Notes: generated by a model from the letters alone, not told the origin. A DNA stretch of 63,956 nucleotides, filler included, from Octopus bimaculoides (GCF_001194135.2; 4 parts of 4 records of this genome joined end to end with filler, not necessarily neighbours in it), one strand, 5' to 3'; shown: positions 22,416 to 37,200, numbered from the whole stretch's first letter. Translations and numbers: made by a program.

Positions 22416-23770
22416 TCTTCTTTCCTAGGGCAAAGAAACTCACTTTATACATTGGTAGGCCATCAAATTAAACACACTAAATTGTTCATTTACAAAGGTG
22501 TGTGATAGAGATAAAGGGAAGAAAGTCATAGAAAAGAAGGAAAAAAAGAAAAAAATGAAAAAAAGAATACAAAGAAAATGAGGGGGAAAACGAAAGAAAA
22601 TTCACAGCGACAAAGATCTTCTCAGTACGTGTGACGTACCAGTTAAAATGATTGTTTACACTTCCTGCATGGATGGTAAGCCAGGATTATCCTCAAATAA
22701 TGTTCAATTCCCCTTTTTCTCATTTCAGGTGCTCCTACAATCACCGGTATTGTAACCGTCTTGAGATGCCATATTTTTTCGATTTAAATCAGCAAATCTT
22801 TATATTTTAAGAGCTTATCAAATTCATTTTCCGAAATATTATGATCACAAGCTATGCTCATATCAATCAATAAACAAATTGTATTCTTTTGGTCTTTCAC
22901 AACAGTATCTGGTCTATTAGCTTTGATGGTCCGGTCCGTATGTACTGGAAAGTTTTAAAGAATCGTTATATTTTCTCTCTCGGTTACATTTTCAGGGTGA
23001 GGCTTGTATCATTTGTCATTAGTGTTGATATCGGACAACTCTGTCATGTCTACATTTATACACTACTGGTGTTAAATCCTTACACCCAGAGATTAGGCGG
23101 TCCACTGTTTCAAGTTCATCGTTGCAGTATCGGAACTTCGGGTCTACTCCATTTTTCATCACATTGGCTTGGTAGTTCCAGGTCAATAAGCTCTGACCTT
23201 GAGCAGCTAAGATAAAATCGTCGCGCTATACATTTAGCCCTGAGCTCCGTAGCCACTGATGAGTATGCTTCTGGTCTACATCAGCTTGTTTGCTACGGGC
23301 TACATATTTGATATGCAGAGGTTTTTGTTCTCACCTATCAGCCAACTGTTCGAAACCTTTGTGCTTTGCCATTGATTTCACCTTCTTTGCAACAACAGTT
23401 GCCGCACTTCCATCATGGTGATTAACCTGGATATTATGCATGAACCCATTAGTAAATTTGTTGCTCTCCTTTATGACAGAATGAAGCTTCTTACGTCTCT
23501 CGTGGTTTTTAAAGAGTTATAACATACAATGGTTAGGTGTTTCAAGATATTTGGCCAGGACAATTGGGGTGGTTTTGTAAGTGATTTCAGTTTAGATCAA
23601 GCCTCGACCTCCTTGGGCTCTGGGAAGTTAAAGACGATCTACATCTGCCTTTGGGTGGAGAATCTCATTGCAAGTCACCAGTTTACAGATTCTCCAATCA
23701 ATCTTCCTTATTTCGTTCTTATTGCAGTTTAACACATTGAAACCGTAAATAACAACTGGAACTGCTAAGG
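22395..23770 (-). mobile_element. R4/Dong-like element, 5'-truncated (family D)
   Basis: LAVPVVIYGFNVLN..HPKADVDRL*LPRAQGGRGL; FILAAQGQSL; LISGC..RHDRV; NRPDTVVKDQKNTICLLIDMSI; TIPVIVGA; LTGTSHVLRRSLSL*. Followed by (TAC)n(TAA)n at 22335-22394. Confidence 0.82.
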
Positions 23771-23775
23771 AATAA

Positions 23776-24900
23776 TATTATTATTTAATCTTCCGACCGG
23801 GTTTCAACCAGAGACTTAGGACACATATATTAGGCGGAGAGAAATTTCCTGAGAATGCGAGAGATAGATTGCTGGTTTCCCAAGGATATGGTAAAAAAAT
23901 TTGTCACCACCTTTCTTGATCATCTCCAGGGTACACAATAACAGGAATGGTCTTAGCTTTTAATTGCCACGCCCAAGCTATCTCAATTTCAACGTCCTTG
24001 TAGGCACTCCATGTCAATTAACAGACATGTATTTTGTTTTACGTCTTTGATGATGATGCCTGGCGTGTTACTATTTATTTGCCTGCCTGTATGTATCCCA
24101 TAATACGATAGGATGGTAACATTCTCTCTCTCAATGACTGCCTCTGGATGATGTTAATACCAGATCTTAGGGTGCGGAATATCACATTGACGGCAACTCG
24201 ATCATGCCTGGTTTGATATTCTGTAGGGCCAAGGACTAAGCAACTGGCAACAATGTGGTCATACCCTTAAGTTTGTAATTGCAGAGTTTACATTTTGTGT
24301 TTACCTTGTATGTGGCACTAGGGACTTTATAGCTGATATTCTATTTATGGTTGTTCAGCTCAATATTCAAGATCATTCTTACACGTCTATAATACTCTTT
24401 CCTGATCTCATTCATTGACCAGTGCCAAATCTTTTTCCCTACATGTACCCCAAGATACTTATATAAGCCTTCTTGATCCATATCCTTGACAGATGTGTCA
24501 AGATCAAGTTAGATCGTAGTATTAGCTGTCAGTTTACCACGTTTGAAATTTTCGCACATTTATCAAGGCTAAATTCCTTATTGATGTCATCGCTAAATTT
24601 TTTCGCAGTCACTAATAGCACTTTCAGATTCTTATCTTTTGCATATAATTTCAGATAATCCATGCAGAGCAAGTGAGATGATCTTATCAAACATTCTTAA
24701 ATCGTATTTTATTCTATTCAGATCTTGAGTCAAGGAAATGAGGGAAAGACAGAAGAGGGAAGGGGAGAGTGAATCTCCCTGGAATATTCCATGACTTATT
24801 TTGATGTTCTTTGACACATACGAGCCTTTGTCCCGGTTGAGAAACAAGTTCATGTTCCACATTCCCAAAGTGTGTTGTAGAAAACATTTTACGAAAGGAG
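23776..24900 (-). mobile_element. R4/Dong-like element with internal deletions (family C)
   Basis: GIFQGDSLSPSLFCLSL; MD(Y)LKLYAK; YKYLGVH; KEYYRRVR; CKLC..HIVASC..RHDRV; KTIPVIV; RILRKFLSA*. 3'UTR ends in AAATAATAATA at ~23776. Confidence 0.8.
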
Positions 24901-25452
24901 GGATCTTGCATATATTTAGTGCCTGAGGCTCAAAGGACGAAATTCACCGCTATTTCTTGAGAGCTTTATCAATGATCACAGATGTACCTATCCGCTGTTT
25001 AGAAAGAAACTAAAGAAACTTGACCGATGTTTGTTTTGCGTTGTAGATATGGAGGCTAATACGTGTCTGAGTGTGAATTGTTTAAACACAAATATTATAT
25101 TGGCTGATTTATAAGCGTCAAAGAGCGATGCGCATATGTGGAAATGCATATATGATTAGTTCTAATATTCAAAATTTCGTTCACAATTCCGTTGTAAATA
25201 ATTATCGCAGCTTCTCGTGTTGTTTACATTTTCACGCATATATTTTGCTGCGGCAACGCATAGTTTTGATATCGAAACTCCACGTGTTGTTTACAATTTT
25301 GAGAAAAATCATTCGATTTCCTGGGATGATTTACATTAAAGAATAATTATCTTTTTTTTTTTTTTACCATTTCTTAAAACCAACTTGACAGTAATGTCAG
25401 ACTTAATCTTTCCTCCCAGGGAGCTCGTTGATGCACGTCCATCATGTTCGCC

Positions 25453-25474
25453 ATTATTATTATTATTATTATTA

Positions 25475-25540
<66 letters not shown>
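25453..25540. repeat. (TAT)n microsatellite
   Basis: Seen directly. Confidence 0.95.
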
Positions 25541-25541
<1 letters not shown>

Positions 25542-26750
25542 TGTGTTTAGAAAGAAAGGATGATTGTTCGTGGATCGTAAATATACTTTGAATTTCGTTG
25601 GTTTCCGAATTTTTATTGGACTGTTTACTAAATAAGCCAGCTCGCTTTGCATACAGCGAGTTGGTTTGACGGAAATTCAAATTTTCATATTTTCAGCACA
25701 AAATAAAACAATAAGGCTTCCAATATCGAGGAAAGTGATGCTTGATGAAAAGTCATTATGACATTCTTTTCCCACCACTGAGATGGTCGAGAGACAAGTC
25801 ACACGCAACAACAATAACAGCAACAGAAGCTGCTGCAGTAGTGACAAGCAGGATAAGACTATGACACAAACACAACCCCCACTACCGCCACCACCACTAA
25901 CACAAATTATCAATGCAATGGAAACAGCGGTCGTTCTTCTTTCTAAACAAAATGGGAAATGTTTTGCACAAGCGTGTCGTCGACTCGAGAAAGTTGACGT
26001 GTCAGAAAAAAATGTTAAGTGACACCAAAGCGAACTTAAAATAGAAAGGCAAAATAATATTTCTAAACACGCCAAAAGAAATACAAGAAGATACTAGAAA
26101 AGAAAAACTATCATCTACAAATGTATTTCAAGAAAATTCAGGATACTGGAGCGAACAGTGCAGGACCAAATCGAAAATGCCTAAGAAAACTCATCTAGTG
26201 AGGAAAACAGTCTTGGAAAACCACCAGAATGGATCCTTATAAAAGGAATAAAGAAACAAATGACAAAATGAAAAGCTCAGCACAAGACTAAAATCAAAGT
26301 GATTAGAGGAGAAGACACAGAATCACACAAACCATCACACACCCACACACTCGAGAGCAACACAGTTACAAATATCTATAAAACTACAAACAGCAGCAAC
26401 AATACAAATACCCCAACAAGCCAAAATACATAGCAATCCTAACCAATATGAATAGCATTCCCAAGTCATCATACACAGCCATAAGCATAAACATCAAGAA
26501 CTTAACAAAACAAGTATTATTCTAAATTAATATATCGCACCCCCACATAACACCCCTATACACGTAAAAATTATGAAAACAATGTAACAAACCAACAATA
26601 AATTGAAATCAAAATATCTCAAAGGAAGGGGAGCTTTCTGTGGGACCAAAAGGTTCTACAAGGAAATGCTTGTGGAGACACCCACAAATAGCTAAGACAG
26701 ACCACCTGTAAATAAGGTGATAGCCTACATTCTCCTATTCTCTGACAAAC

Positions 26751-28850
26751 ATGGCTTCGCACAGAATAGTTATTATTAATAAATGTAGCATGGGGTCACC
26801 TTGGAAACAGGGCCACTTATTCAATGACCTCAGGTCACTAAGTTTACATGCGGTGAGTATCACTGAAACTAGACCTTCCAATCGACAAGCTTTCGTTCGC
26901 ATTTTCCGTCGGTACGAGATTTACTCGTTCCCACTTCAGCTGGAAATGGGGAGTGGAACTTCAGTCTTGCTCTGGAAAGTTTTCTGTCTCATGATAAGTG
27001 CCATCTTCCTGGCACAGAAGGTAAGATGGTGGTCCTGGATGTGAATAGTAGCGACAGAGATTCTTTCATTCTGATGGCTGTTTATGCTCCGACAGGAGCA
27101 GGGCAATCGGATATCTTCAGTCGTAGAGAGGATTTCCTGGGAACGTCCCGACCTGTCGTGCTAATGGGTGACGAGAACGATATCTTTGTTTGTTCAGATT
27201 GTAAGGGCCTAGCTGCTAGAAGTGAAGGGTGCAAATGCCTCACAAACCTGCTCAGAATGTCTGAGAGGTACCGACTGTTTTTCTCGAATATGACATGGAC
27301 GATCTGCATCTAGTCATCTAGGTCGTATCTAGATAGAGTATTATACAGGCTAGTAGATAATGATAGCATAAGATGTCCACTTCTGAAAATAGTCGACTAT
27401 ACAGACTACAAATTTGTGATCTGCACGGTCAACATAGATAGTTTTGTAGGCAGAGATCCAGTAGCTGTAGGTGATCACGTCATTCCCAGCGTATAGAGAC
27501 CGGACTAGAGAATTAGTTAAGCGGACGATAACGAGGTTAATGTCAACAATAAATGATGGTTTGCCCTGAGGAGAATCTATTAGGCATTAGTAAGGCATCA
27601 ACGATAGAAAGAAATAGAATACAGGGAAATTTTGAAGCTTAGAACAGACACTTAGGAAAGGCATCACAACTGGCCTCCTCTCGGCGAGATTGGCCAGGGA
27701 CCTATTCTTCTATGCTAAGCTTGGAGGATCCACTGTCAGAGCTAACGTGCATACTCTAAGAAACGAGGGAACGAAAGCCGCTCAGTGGGGCCTACTGGCA
27801 AAGGTGCCACGTTGCAACAAAGCCACATTTCAGAATTTGGTTAACGAAAATGGACGCATGGTACACGAGCCGGAGCTCTAAATTGTATGAGATGATTGGC
27901 AGTTTATAACGCAGGATGGACTTCGGTGGCTACCTCGACGGCATACCGCAATTTCTCGGCAAAAGAGGCGGAGAGTTGCGAAAGGCCGAATACAGCTGCG
28001 AAAATACAAGATGCAATAATGGGCTGCACGGGGATGGGAACAAATCGCCTGGTTTGAATGATCTCCTCTACAAACTTTACTTTTATATGCCCGAATTATT
28101 TGGCGGTCTCTTAGCAGATATCCACCGCAACAGTCGTGGGATGCTGAACAGAGATACCGGTTAAATTGCTCGGGCTCTGGTTCGGTACGAATCTCTGGGT
28201 GAAGAACTGGTACTAAGTATCGAATAGACTAGCCAATTTCACCTAGAAATGAACCGAGAGAAAGCAATATCTGAAAGCTCACTCAGAGGTGGCGAATGCT
28301 TACATTGCATCCGTTATATATTTCTGCCTGACCGTAGTATCCTGCCCCCAAGTTTACATCTGACCAAACTGGAGCGCATACTCTTCTGCTTTCTACGGAA
28401 AGGGCGCGACAGGAGCTTCATTTGCAGTCAACACCAGCTGGGCATACTGTGCCTGCTGATAAGCAAGTCATGTGTTGAGGCGACATCCACAGAGTTTCCT
28501 TGACAGTGAGCATGGATGGTCACCATTTGTCAGACTCGGTCTCCGACGCGCTTCTCCTTGACTGAGTAGCAGTCCTAGAGCAAGCATAGACCGAGGCAGT
28601 GCGCTTGCCACATAGAGTGTCTTCAGGCGCTCACAGTCCTCTATTAATGAGGCCATGTTGTCGGTGAAAGTCCCGCTCTAGAGTTCTATATTGGGTTAGT
28701 GGCGAGCAAGTGAGAATCGCTCTTGCTTTGGACGTCGACGAGAATCACCTGGCTGGTCTGTTTCGGAGGATTTTCGGATATTTCCAGAAAATCCTTGGCG
28801 TGACAATGCTGCCATGGAACATTGGACTGTAGTTATGCTGAAACACTGCC
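26751..28850 (+). mobile_element. Tx1/L1-like ORF2 pseudogene (APE, RT start, C-terminus; internally deleted)
   Basis: DLRSLSLHAVSITET, LMAVYAPTG, LMGDEN and SYLDRV (APE); NKSPGLNDL (RT N-terminus); TKLERILFCFLRKG..WSPFVR; GLFRRIFG..FQK(S)LA*QCCHG. The upstream A/C-rich 25700-26740 may be ORF1 remnant. Confidence 0.82.
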
Positions 28851-31800
28851 TTTTGAATAAGAAAAATGGCATAGTTACAGACCAATGCCCGAAACAAGTA
28901 ATATGTGTGTGTGTGTGTGTGTGTGTGTTCATATGTGTATGCGTGTGCGTGTGTGTGTGTGTGCGTGTGTGTGTGTGTGTGTGTGCGCGTGCCTCAGAAC
29001 ATTCTCAATCGACAATAAATATCACACAGACATTTTTAAGCTGAGGCTACCGTAGCTTGAAGTGAGATGTGAACCCAAACCATCAATAGTCAACGTGATC
29101 TCTATAACCGCGCACCTCTACTGAAGTAAAGTCAACATTAAACTACTAGCCGTTCTATTAATTGAGCAGAAATGTTCTAGCTGTCATTGATTTGCTTTGT
29201 TTCAATCAATTATTTAATTATCCTATAGTATTAAAGTAATTTATATAATCCGTTGAACTTCAAATTATATGACCATATATGTAACCTAATCCTTATCTGT
29301 TCACACAAACATGATAATAGATCAGTGATAATTACACATATATTGATGGCAAATATATTTACTGAAAATCGACTTAATTACTCCAATATCATTTTCTGTA
29401 TATTTGTATTGTTCCCAACTATCTGCATCATCTACTTTATTTATATTTCTCTCTAATTGTATTCTAAATCCATCAGTCATTGTGTGGCAGTTCACTATCT
29501 GGTGACAACAGTTTATTGCAGCAATATACTCGAGGCGATTTACAAAACTATTCACAGAAGATATTTACGTAGTAATTGTGTAGATAATGAATATCAAAGT
29601 CATAATAATATATCATATTTGCAATAATTTTCAAAGATATTAGAATAAAAATGTCCCTCAAGAAACACATTCGTCTAAAAGAAGTTGTTCTTCAATGACA
29701 AAAGTCAAGAGCGATTGACATAGTCAAGTTCGAATCTACTGCAAAGTATTAAGAATAATTATGTAACTCATCGTTTTGATTATCGCTATTCACAGTGCAC
29801 ACAATCGGTAGGCAGATATCAATATGATTTGTAAGTAATTTCTTTGCAGATGATATTAACAAGAGCCACAAATTCTTGTTAGCTTCTTTAGTGTGAAGCA
29901 GTTTTAACTGGGCAGACAGTGATGTCGAAACGACGTCCAAAAGTCTCCTTGCACTCAGGAATTGAGTATAATATGTGCATACATTTCTCTGAAACGAGAT
30001 ATTGTTCTTCAGTGATGAAACTCGACAGCGAATAGCAGAATAGCATAATCACGCTTGAATCTACCGCAATTTATTAAGAATGAATGTGTCATCACAGTAA
30101 AATAATCATGCTTCAGGGTTACAAGAAAGTATATCCTCGTGGAATAATGCACATAATAGTCACCGATGTGACAAACTATTGTTAAGAATTTATTTTACAA
30201 CGTTATTATTTTCACCAACACATCTCTCTTTGTTGTGTAATATTTTACATGTAAATACTTTTCTCATTATGTATACTTTAATTGTTCTGTGCATATATGA
30301 AATTGAAAAGAGCCCATTTGTTACGCTTAGTTAGGAATACCCAACCGTATTTCAGTAAAACGAATTCGTTTTAATCTTCCTTTATAAACTTATAATTCCA
30401 CATGGAATGCTTTATTTGCTTTCATCACCTTGTGATCAAAGCGCTTGTTCAATAACTATTGAAACAACGACTACAAATATTGATTGCTTATCTATTTTAT
30501 TCGAGACATGTCATAGTAAGTAGTGTGCTATGGGACAATTCATTATTTATTTTCGCTTTGTCTAAATTAATGAGATTATAACTGTCGGAAAATATTTCCA
30601 TAGGATTATTTTATTCCATAGTTTCATTTATTATATTTTTATATCTTACGCCTTTGGGGACTAAATTTTGTTTTCATGATAGACACATCAAAAAGGCATT
30701 AACTGAAACACCTACGGAATAATATTTTATCATTTATTCCTGATTTTTATATTTTTTATTTTTCTGAAGCCATTGCTACATATGGTTGACTTCCTTTCAA
30801 TACAGTAAAAGCAGTTTGGAAAATTATCTCCATCATTTCAGATGGCGACAAATATAGAGAGTTTTGCGTGTTATTTCTCTAGAGATATTGTGACATTTGA
30901 GCTTTTTTAAGGTATATTATCAGAGATAAGCGAAATAACTGTAAACTGGAATAAAAAGCATATCGTTGACAATATATCGAGAGCTTATTTCTTGAGCCAC
31001 AACACTTATATAAATCATTTACAAAATGTTGATTTCTTTCGAAAGTAAGAATATGTAGGAAAAACAGAAATGAGTCATTCATATATTCCTGAACAAAACT
31101 GAAGTGAGTCCATTTTCACTTGGAATAGAATTTCATTTCCATTCTCATTTGTTCCATGCTCCATTTTGCATAATATTTTATCAGAAGAAGGACTTTAGAT
31201 GAGTTGGCACAATAAAGAAAGGAAATGGATGCAAGTGACGCAATATTTAATTTTTTTCTATATGTTCCTAGGATAAATCATGTGATGGTTGTATTATTTT
31301 TTTCCATACATCAAGACTCAATATACTAGATTCCATAAATAGCTTTGTAAACGATTCAGGTCCACAGAAAATGAAACTACTGCTTGTATCTCCTAGACAG
31401 CATAGTACCCACGAAGAAAACACATAACATTCAATACAATTCTTTACGTGTTATGTAATTAATCAGTATTTCATTAATTTCTTGTTCTGAGTTCAAGTTG
31501 GGCTCATAGGAGAATAATATTTGCAGACTTGAATATCATACACTATTTGATAAAAACAAATCCTAGAGACCCAACTCCATAGAGAAACAACAACACTCAG
31601 GACACTGCGATAAACCAATTATTCTCATTCCGTGTTAGAATAGTCAAAAGAAACCGTAGTTTTATGGAAGAGAACATGCTTGTCTACATTGGACAGTTTT
31701 GAAACAGTGATACTGTAACAACTTTGTGTTTAGTTTGACAGATTATTAAGTAGTCTACTCAATGGTCAGATTGCAAAATGCTATTGGTTTATGTGATAAA

Positions 31801-32771
31801 TTGACTTACACATTTGTCTTGACGTAAACTAATCTTATCGTTAGGTATGATTCCGATTGCAAAACTAATTAACTTAAATCAGTGGAAATGCATTAGTAGT
31901 TTGTGAACTCTGCCAATGGAAGAGTTGTATAGAAGAAATGATTAATTGCTTAATTAGACATTTACGTACTATATTCTACTAAATTGAAAGTAATTATAGA
32001 AATAAATGAGCGGAAGTATCAGTCAAGTGTGTATATGTATATTTGTGTGATGATCTTTATATGTGTATAATTTTAAAATATAATCACTAAGGGAAGTTAC
32101 TCAATGCGGCCAACTGTATGACTATAGATAAATGAAGTAGGTAGAGATGTATTAGCTGACGTACTTAAAACATATTCTCTATTAACTGACATTTGCATTA
32201 TAGTTGGAGAAGTAAATCAGAATTTAGCGGCAATTGTTAACTGCACTTAGTGAAAAGGAGAGATAATTATCCAGAAGAACTGGTTTCTCAAAGATTTCAT
32301 ACAGGCTGAATTAAGGTGAAATTATTTTATATTTTGTTTGAGAGTCACTTGCAATTAGTGCCAAAGCGAACTCATGGTGTACACCCTTAACTGTATTCCT
32401 CCTTATCTGACTGATCTAAGTTTATAGCACATTTCCTTTTCGGCTATTTCTTAGATGAATATATTTTCTTAATTATTCAAATACTGACTAAAATTCATCG
32501 ACTTTTCCTCTAGAAAAAGCTTAGCGACTGATTATGTAGATTGAGTGTGATTTGCTTCTTGGTGAAGTTCAAAAATGCCTAAACTGACTCGCACTACAGC
32601 CTTGCCAAGCACATCCATTAATATTTTTGTGACAGTGATTCTGAATGTCTTTAAATTATTTTCCATTTTCCTGATATATATACCATTAGGTTTCTTTATT
32701 TTCCTCCAAATAACAGGTAAACATCGAGCAGTAACGCGAAGCAGTGATGGAATTGCCTTTCCAAATTAAAA

Positions 32772-34286
32772 CATAGCCTTTGCCAAAAGTATTAGGCCAC
32801 CCCAATGTTTAGGGAATCTGCTATCTCAATGTTAATGAAACTCGTGCACATGGTAGATTATGGTATACGTATCCTTCACAATATACATTAGTTTTAATAT
32901 CTGGTTGACCCTCCTTAAGCATCAATTACCGATTTTATACGGTCAGGCACTGAATCAACTAGTTTCTTGCGGGTGCTAGGCTCCATTTTACACAATTATT
33001 CTCTCAACTTTTGGTACAAATGCTCTTTATTTTCAATTGTGTTCCTGATAGCTTGAGCAAGAGATCCCTATAGGCGTTCGATCGGATTTAGATCGGGACT
33101 TTGAGCTGGCCAGTCCATGGGAGCAATAACTTGTGTCCCAAACCAATGACGAGTATTCTTTGCTGTATGACATTGAGCGTTGTCCTGTTGAAAGATAACA
33201 CTGTTTTGTCGACAATTCTGGATGCAATTTAGCAATTGATGGCTCTAAAACATCCGATAACATAGATACATAGGTAGTTGAATTCATCCTTGCCTGATAT
33301 AAAAACATTTCTCCGCGTCCTGTGGCAGATATGCAGGCCCACACCATGATCTACCACCCCCATGTTTTACGGTTTGTGCCAGGCATTCAGCCTTAAATGC
33401 TTCCCTAACTCTGCGACGCACGAAATTTGTACCAAATGTACTGAAAACCTGAGTAAAAACATGAAAAAGGATATTAGCTTTATGTTGGATACTTTTTTAA
33501 AATGTATTTTGGGCAACAAACCAGATACTTTCATCAGACCATATGACTTTCGACCATTGCTCACTGGGCCAATTGGAGTGGTTTTTGGACCACCGAAGAC
33601 GATTTTCAATATTCGCTTCAGAAACCCATGGCTTCTTCCTGGCTTTACAGCCTTCCAGACCGTACTCTACAAGCCTTCGTCTAACATTCTAACAGTTCTG
33701 GTTGATATTTGTGAAGTACCTACCCTGTTGAAGTCCACACAGAGCTCCGACGATGTTTTTCTTCTGTTTCTGATCGACTGACGGATGATGGATCTGTCAT
33801 CACGAGGTGATGTAACCTTTTTTCTGCCTGTTCTTTGTATTGTATTCACATCTTTTGTCTCTCTGATGCGCTTGAGAGCCGTTTGCACCGACTTCGAGAA
33901 CATTTCATCGTGTGAGCAATTTGCCTTTGAGACATTCCATCTTCACGATGATCTACGATTTTGACCTCATTCACACTCACTCAACTCCCTTGTTTTAGGC
34001 ATTTTATTGTTTATTAACTGCATCTACAACGTATTTTAGCACAAAACTCTGAAATAATCAAGGAAACATAAATTAATTTTGTACATTGCTCTTACTCATA
34101 ATTAGTTGCATATCTGCAGTACAGTATAAAATCGGTAATTGATGGTAAAGGAGGATCAAACAGATATTAAATCTAATATATATTGTGAAATATACCACAA
34201 TCTGCCATGTGCACGAGTTTCATTGACATTGAGATAGCAGAACTCCAAAACATTGGGGTAGCCTAATATTTTTGGTCAATGCTGTA
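32772..34286 (-). mobile_element. Tc1-family (DD34E) DNA transposon, full-length decayed, ~85-bp TIRs
   Basis: TIRs at ~32772-32858 and ~34199-34286 (CCAAAA.TATTAGGC.ACCC.AATGTT...CTGCTATCTCAATGT.AATGAAACTCGTGCACATGG.AGATT). Transposase motifs RTGRKKVTSPRDDR, ISTRTVR, WSKVIWSDES, TVKHGGG..MVWAC and WPAQSPDLNPIE. Confidence 0.92.
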
Positions 34287-37200
34287 CGTCATAAACTTAT
34301 TTAAGCTAACCTAAAGGTAAAGATGAGCCAAATGGTAATTTTTTTAAAAAAACAACAGTCTGTAAATCTCGCGATATCACATTTCTACGACTGTTTGTAC
34401 ATGCTGCTAAGTGTAATAACAACCGTAGTGTGTAGGAAATAAAGCAAGTATGCTGGAGAATTCAGAAACATACTCGATATAGAAGATACTCGCTTCCCAT
34501 AAGAGCGCTCCGCTCTAGGGGCCAATACATTGTTATAGTTGAATGTTGAGATCACTGCTGTCTGTTAAGTTTGCTTCCAAGTGAAAGACAACCACCAGGT
34601 TCCAGCTAAACTCTCTACTGATCTGGCAAGCCAGAGAGTGTAAGGTACCTTTCTGGAGTGTTGCTTCATGATCAATAATTCTATTTTCTTAAAGCCTAAA
34701 AGTCTAACAATGGGTCACTCCGATCTTATTATCTCCATCAGCCTTCCAGTTTAATCTAGCAATATATACCAATACTCTTCAATGTATAAGCCTTTACTCT
34801 TCAGGTAAATTTCCTAGAGAGAACGCTTTTTAGGCAAGTTTGCGCAACATCGCATGGAACGCCACTGCAGATGATAATAATCACTTCTGACGACTTGAGT
34901 GCCAAAGTAGGCTACCGTGACCATCTATAATTCCAACAGCATTTCAATTAATCCCCTTTTTGCACTATCCTTTGCATCTTCTATAATGACTCTTAGTATC
35001 ACTGACATCATTGAACAGGTGAACCTGTTTCCAACATCGAGGGACAGACTAGGGCACTTTTCCGGGAAAGTGAAACGATGGACCTCATGTTTACTAATTA
35101 CTGTGCTATATGGCAAACCCTCATGCCTCGGTAACAGAGGGGCACCAAAGAAGAGGTAAAAAGAGGGTGTGACGAAACTTTGCGATACTTCTAACATCGG
35201 TAAACTTCAGTGGTTTAACATAGGTTCCACTCGCAAGGCCAGTCACTAATGTGTTTCCCTGTTGCCAATGCACACGCAGAGCTTATCGTAAGAACGAAAA
35301 AAACATTGTGTAAAGTCCATGAGACACTAATACCGAGCCCAGAACAAAATATCTTTTGCAGACGCTGTGTTGGGGCCTACCTGCCTGTATTAACTACGTC
35401 AGCCCCAAGCGGACCTGCAGTCGACGAGGACAGCCTCTTCGTTCAAGAAGCCAAGCTATGATAGTATGTGTATATATGAGAGATACATGCATACTGAGAG
35501 GCATGCAGGCAGCCAGACATACAGCAGACCGAGATAAAGCAAAGAAAATACGGAAAAGAGCTGCGAGCAAAATAGGAGTGTAAGAATATACTAGTATGAG
35601 GAAAAGAAATGAAACAGCTAATGTGAGAAAAATAGCGAAAGCTGTGGAGAATAAAAAGAATTTTGTCATCACTCTGCTGTAGGGATAAATCTGAAATTTC
35701 ATCTTTATGCAGATTTGAAAACTTTATGTGTAACGTTTAGTATTAAGTTATGAAGAACGATCTATCGCACCCTATGGAGAGTGATGTAATAAACAATAAT
35801 TTTTATATCATCTGATGATTCCACCAACAGTTAAACCATCCCATTTGCTTCAAATGAAGGTATATTTGTTGTTTTGACGTATATGCCAATCCCAAACGAA
35901 GTAGTGATCTAAGTGCAGTGAGTTATCTACAGTCGGAAATCAAACCACTTTCCACGCTCAGTTGGTCAGGTGATGATATCTACTCTTGTGTAATCACACA
36001 CTAAAGTATGCAAGTTTATTGTACGGAACATAATACATAAATAATATATGACATCAAAACATAAAATAAACATCATCTCTTTAATGGTTATATGTTTCTG
36101 CCGTGCAAATAATAAACTAGGAAACTAAGGTTACTTTGAAGCAGAAATATCTACAAATATTATCTCCTATGGAGTGTTACTTTCTTTTATTCTCTAATAT
36201 ATTTTCTGTTTCATTTTACAAACAAAATCAATGATGTGGAAAAAGATAAAAACATTTGACAAATATTTATTAGTTTTATCTGCAATAATTCATTAATGGA
36301 TTCTACTAAATCATATGCTAACTCTTATACGGTAAAAATAGCTTCCGTCTTGTTTAGTGAGCTTTGTTAAAGCTCATCACTCAGAAAAGAGTAAAGGCAA
36401 GAGTTAAAGGAGCTGTCAGAAATAATATTTCTTTCACTAATACTTCCCGAAGTTTAGGTTTGGCACACTGACAATAGACGGTGATGATCATTGAATAATA
36501 AAAGTTGCGATTGTTCTGTAATAAGTCATGTGTTTTCAATGATTTGGCAAGTCGAATTTTATTCGCAGTTGAATACAATTCGTTTCACTTCTGCCGCCAA
36601 TAATCTTCAGAACGACATGAAAATAACAGAATCATCCACTCGGCTGGAAGAGTTTCTGCTCATTTAACGAAGCCATTACGTGATATGTCGTTAATTCCAC
36701 GTTAGAAAAGACTGTAGAGTGTTTTGATTTACTGTTGAAGCCAGTTGACTTCATATGTACTTATAGTAACCTTAGGAACGAAAGTAAGGAAGTTTCAATA
36801 TTTCCTTAGGCCTATCTACAAATGTAAGGTCTTGCATTTAGCCAAAATAAATATGAATATTGTGTTTCAATTGTTCGTTGGAATTTGTTCAACATAAACG
36901 CTAATGTTCTTAGGTGCACAAACTCCATCAAATCTACTTTCTGTGTAACTAATATTAATTTTCATTTTAATTATCACTTATCACATGTTTCAATTTTTTA
37001 ATGAAAAATCTATTCGGTGAATGTAGGTTCTGAAGATGTATGACCTAATAGATGGAACACAGAGGTATTCCACTGACATCAGCTTCTGTTAGAAATTAAT
37101 ATTGCTGCTTGAAATGAAAGTTGAAAATAATAAAAGCCATGAGATACATACATTAGTGTTGCGCCCTTCCACTTGTCGGCTTGATTTTGAAATAATACAC

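Noticed and set aside
34560-35460. GC-richer segment possibly from an RTE-like 5' region or APE
   Set aside because: Motifs too decayed to assign a family or boundaries with confidence.
36381-36712. Minus-strand ORF or possible terminal exon with faint GPCR-like wording
   Set aside because: No recognisable conserved motif, and frames are interrupted.
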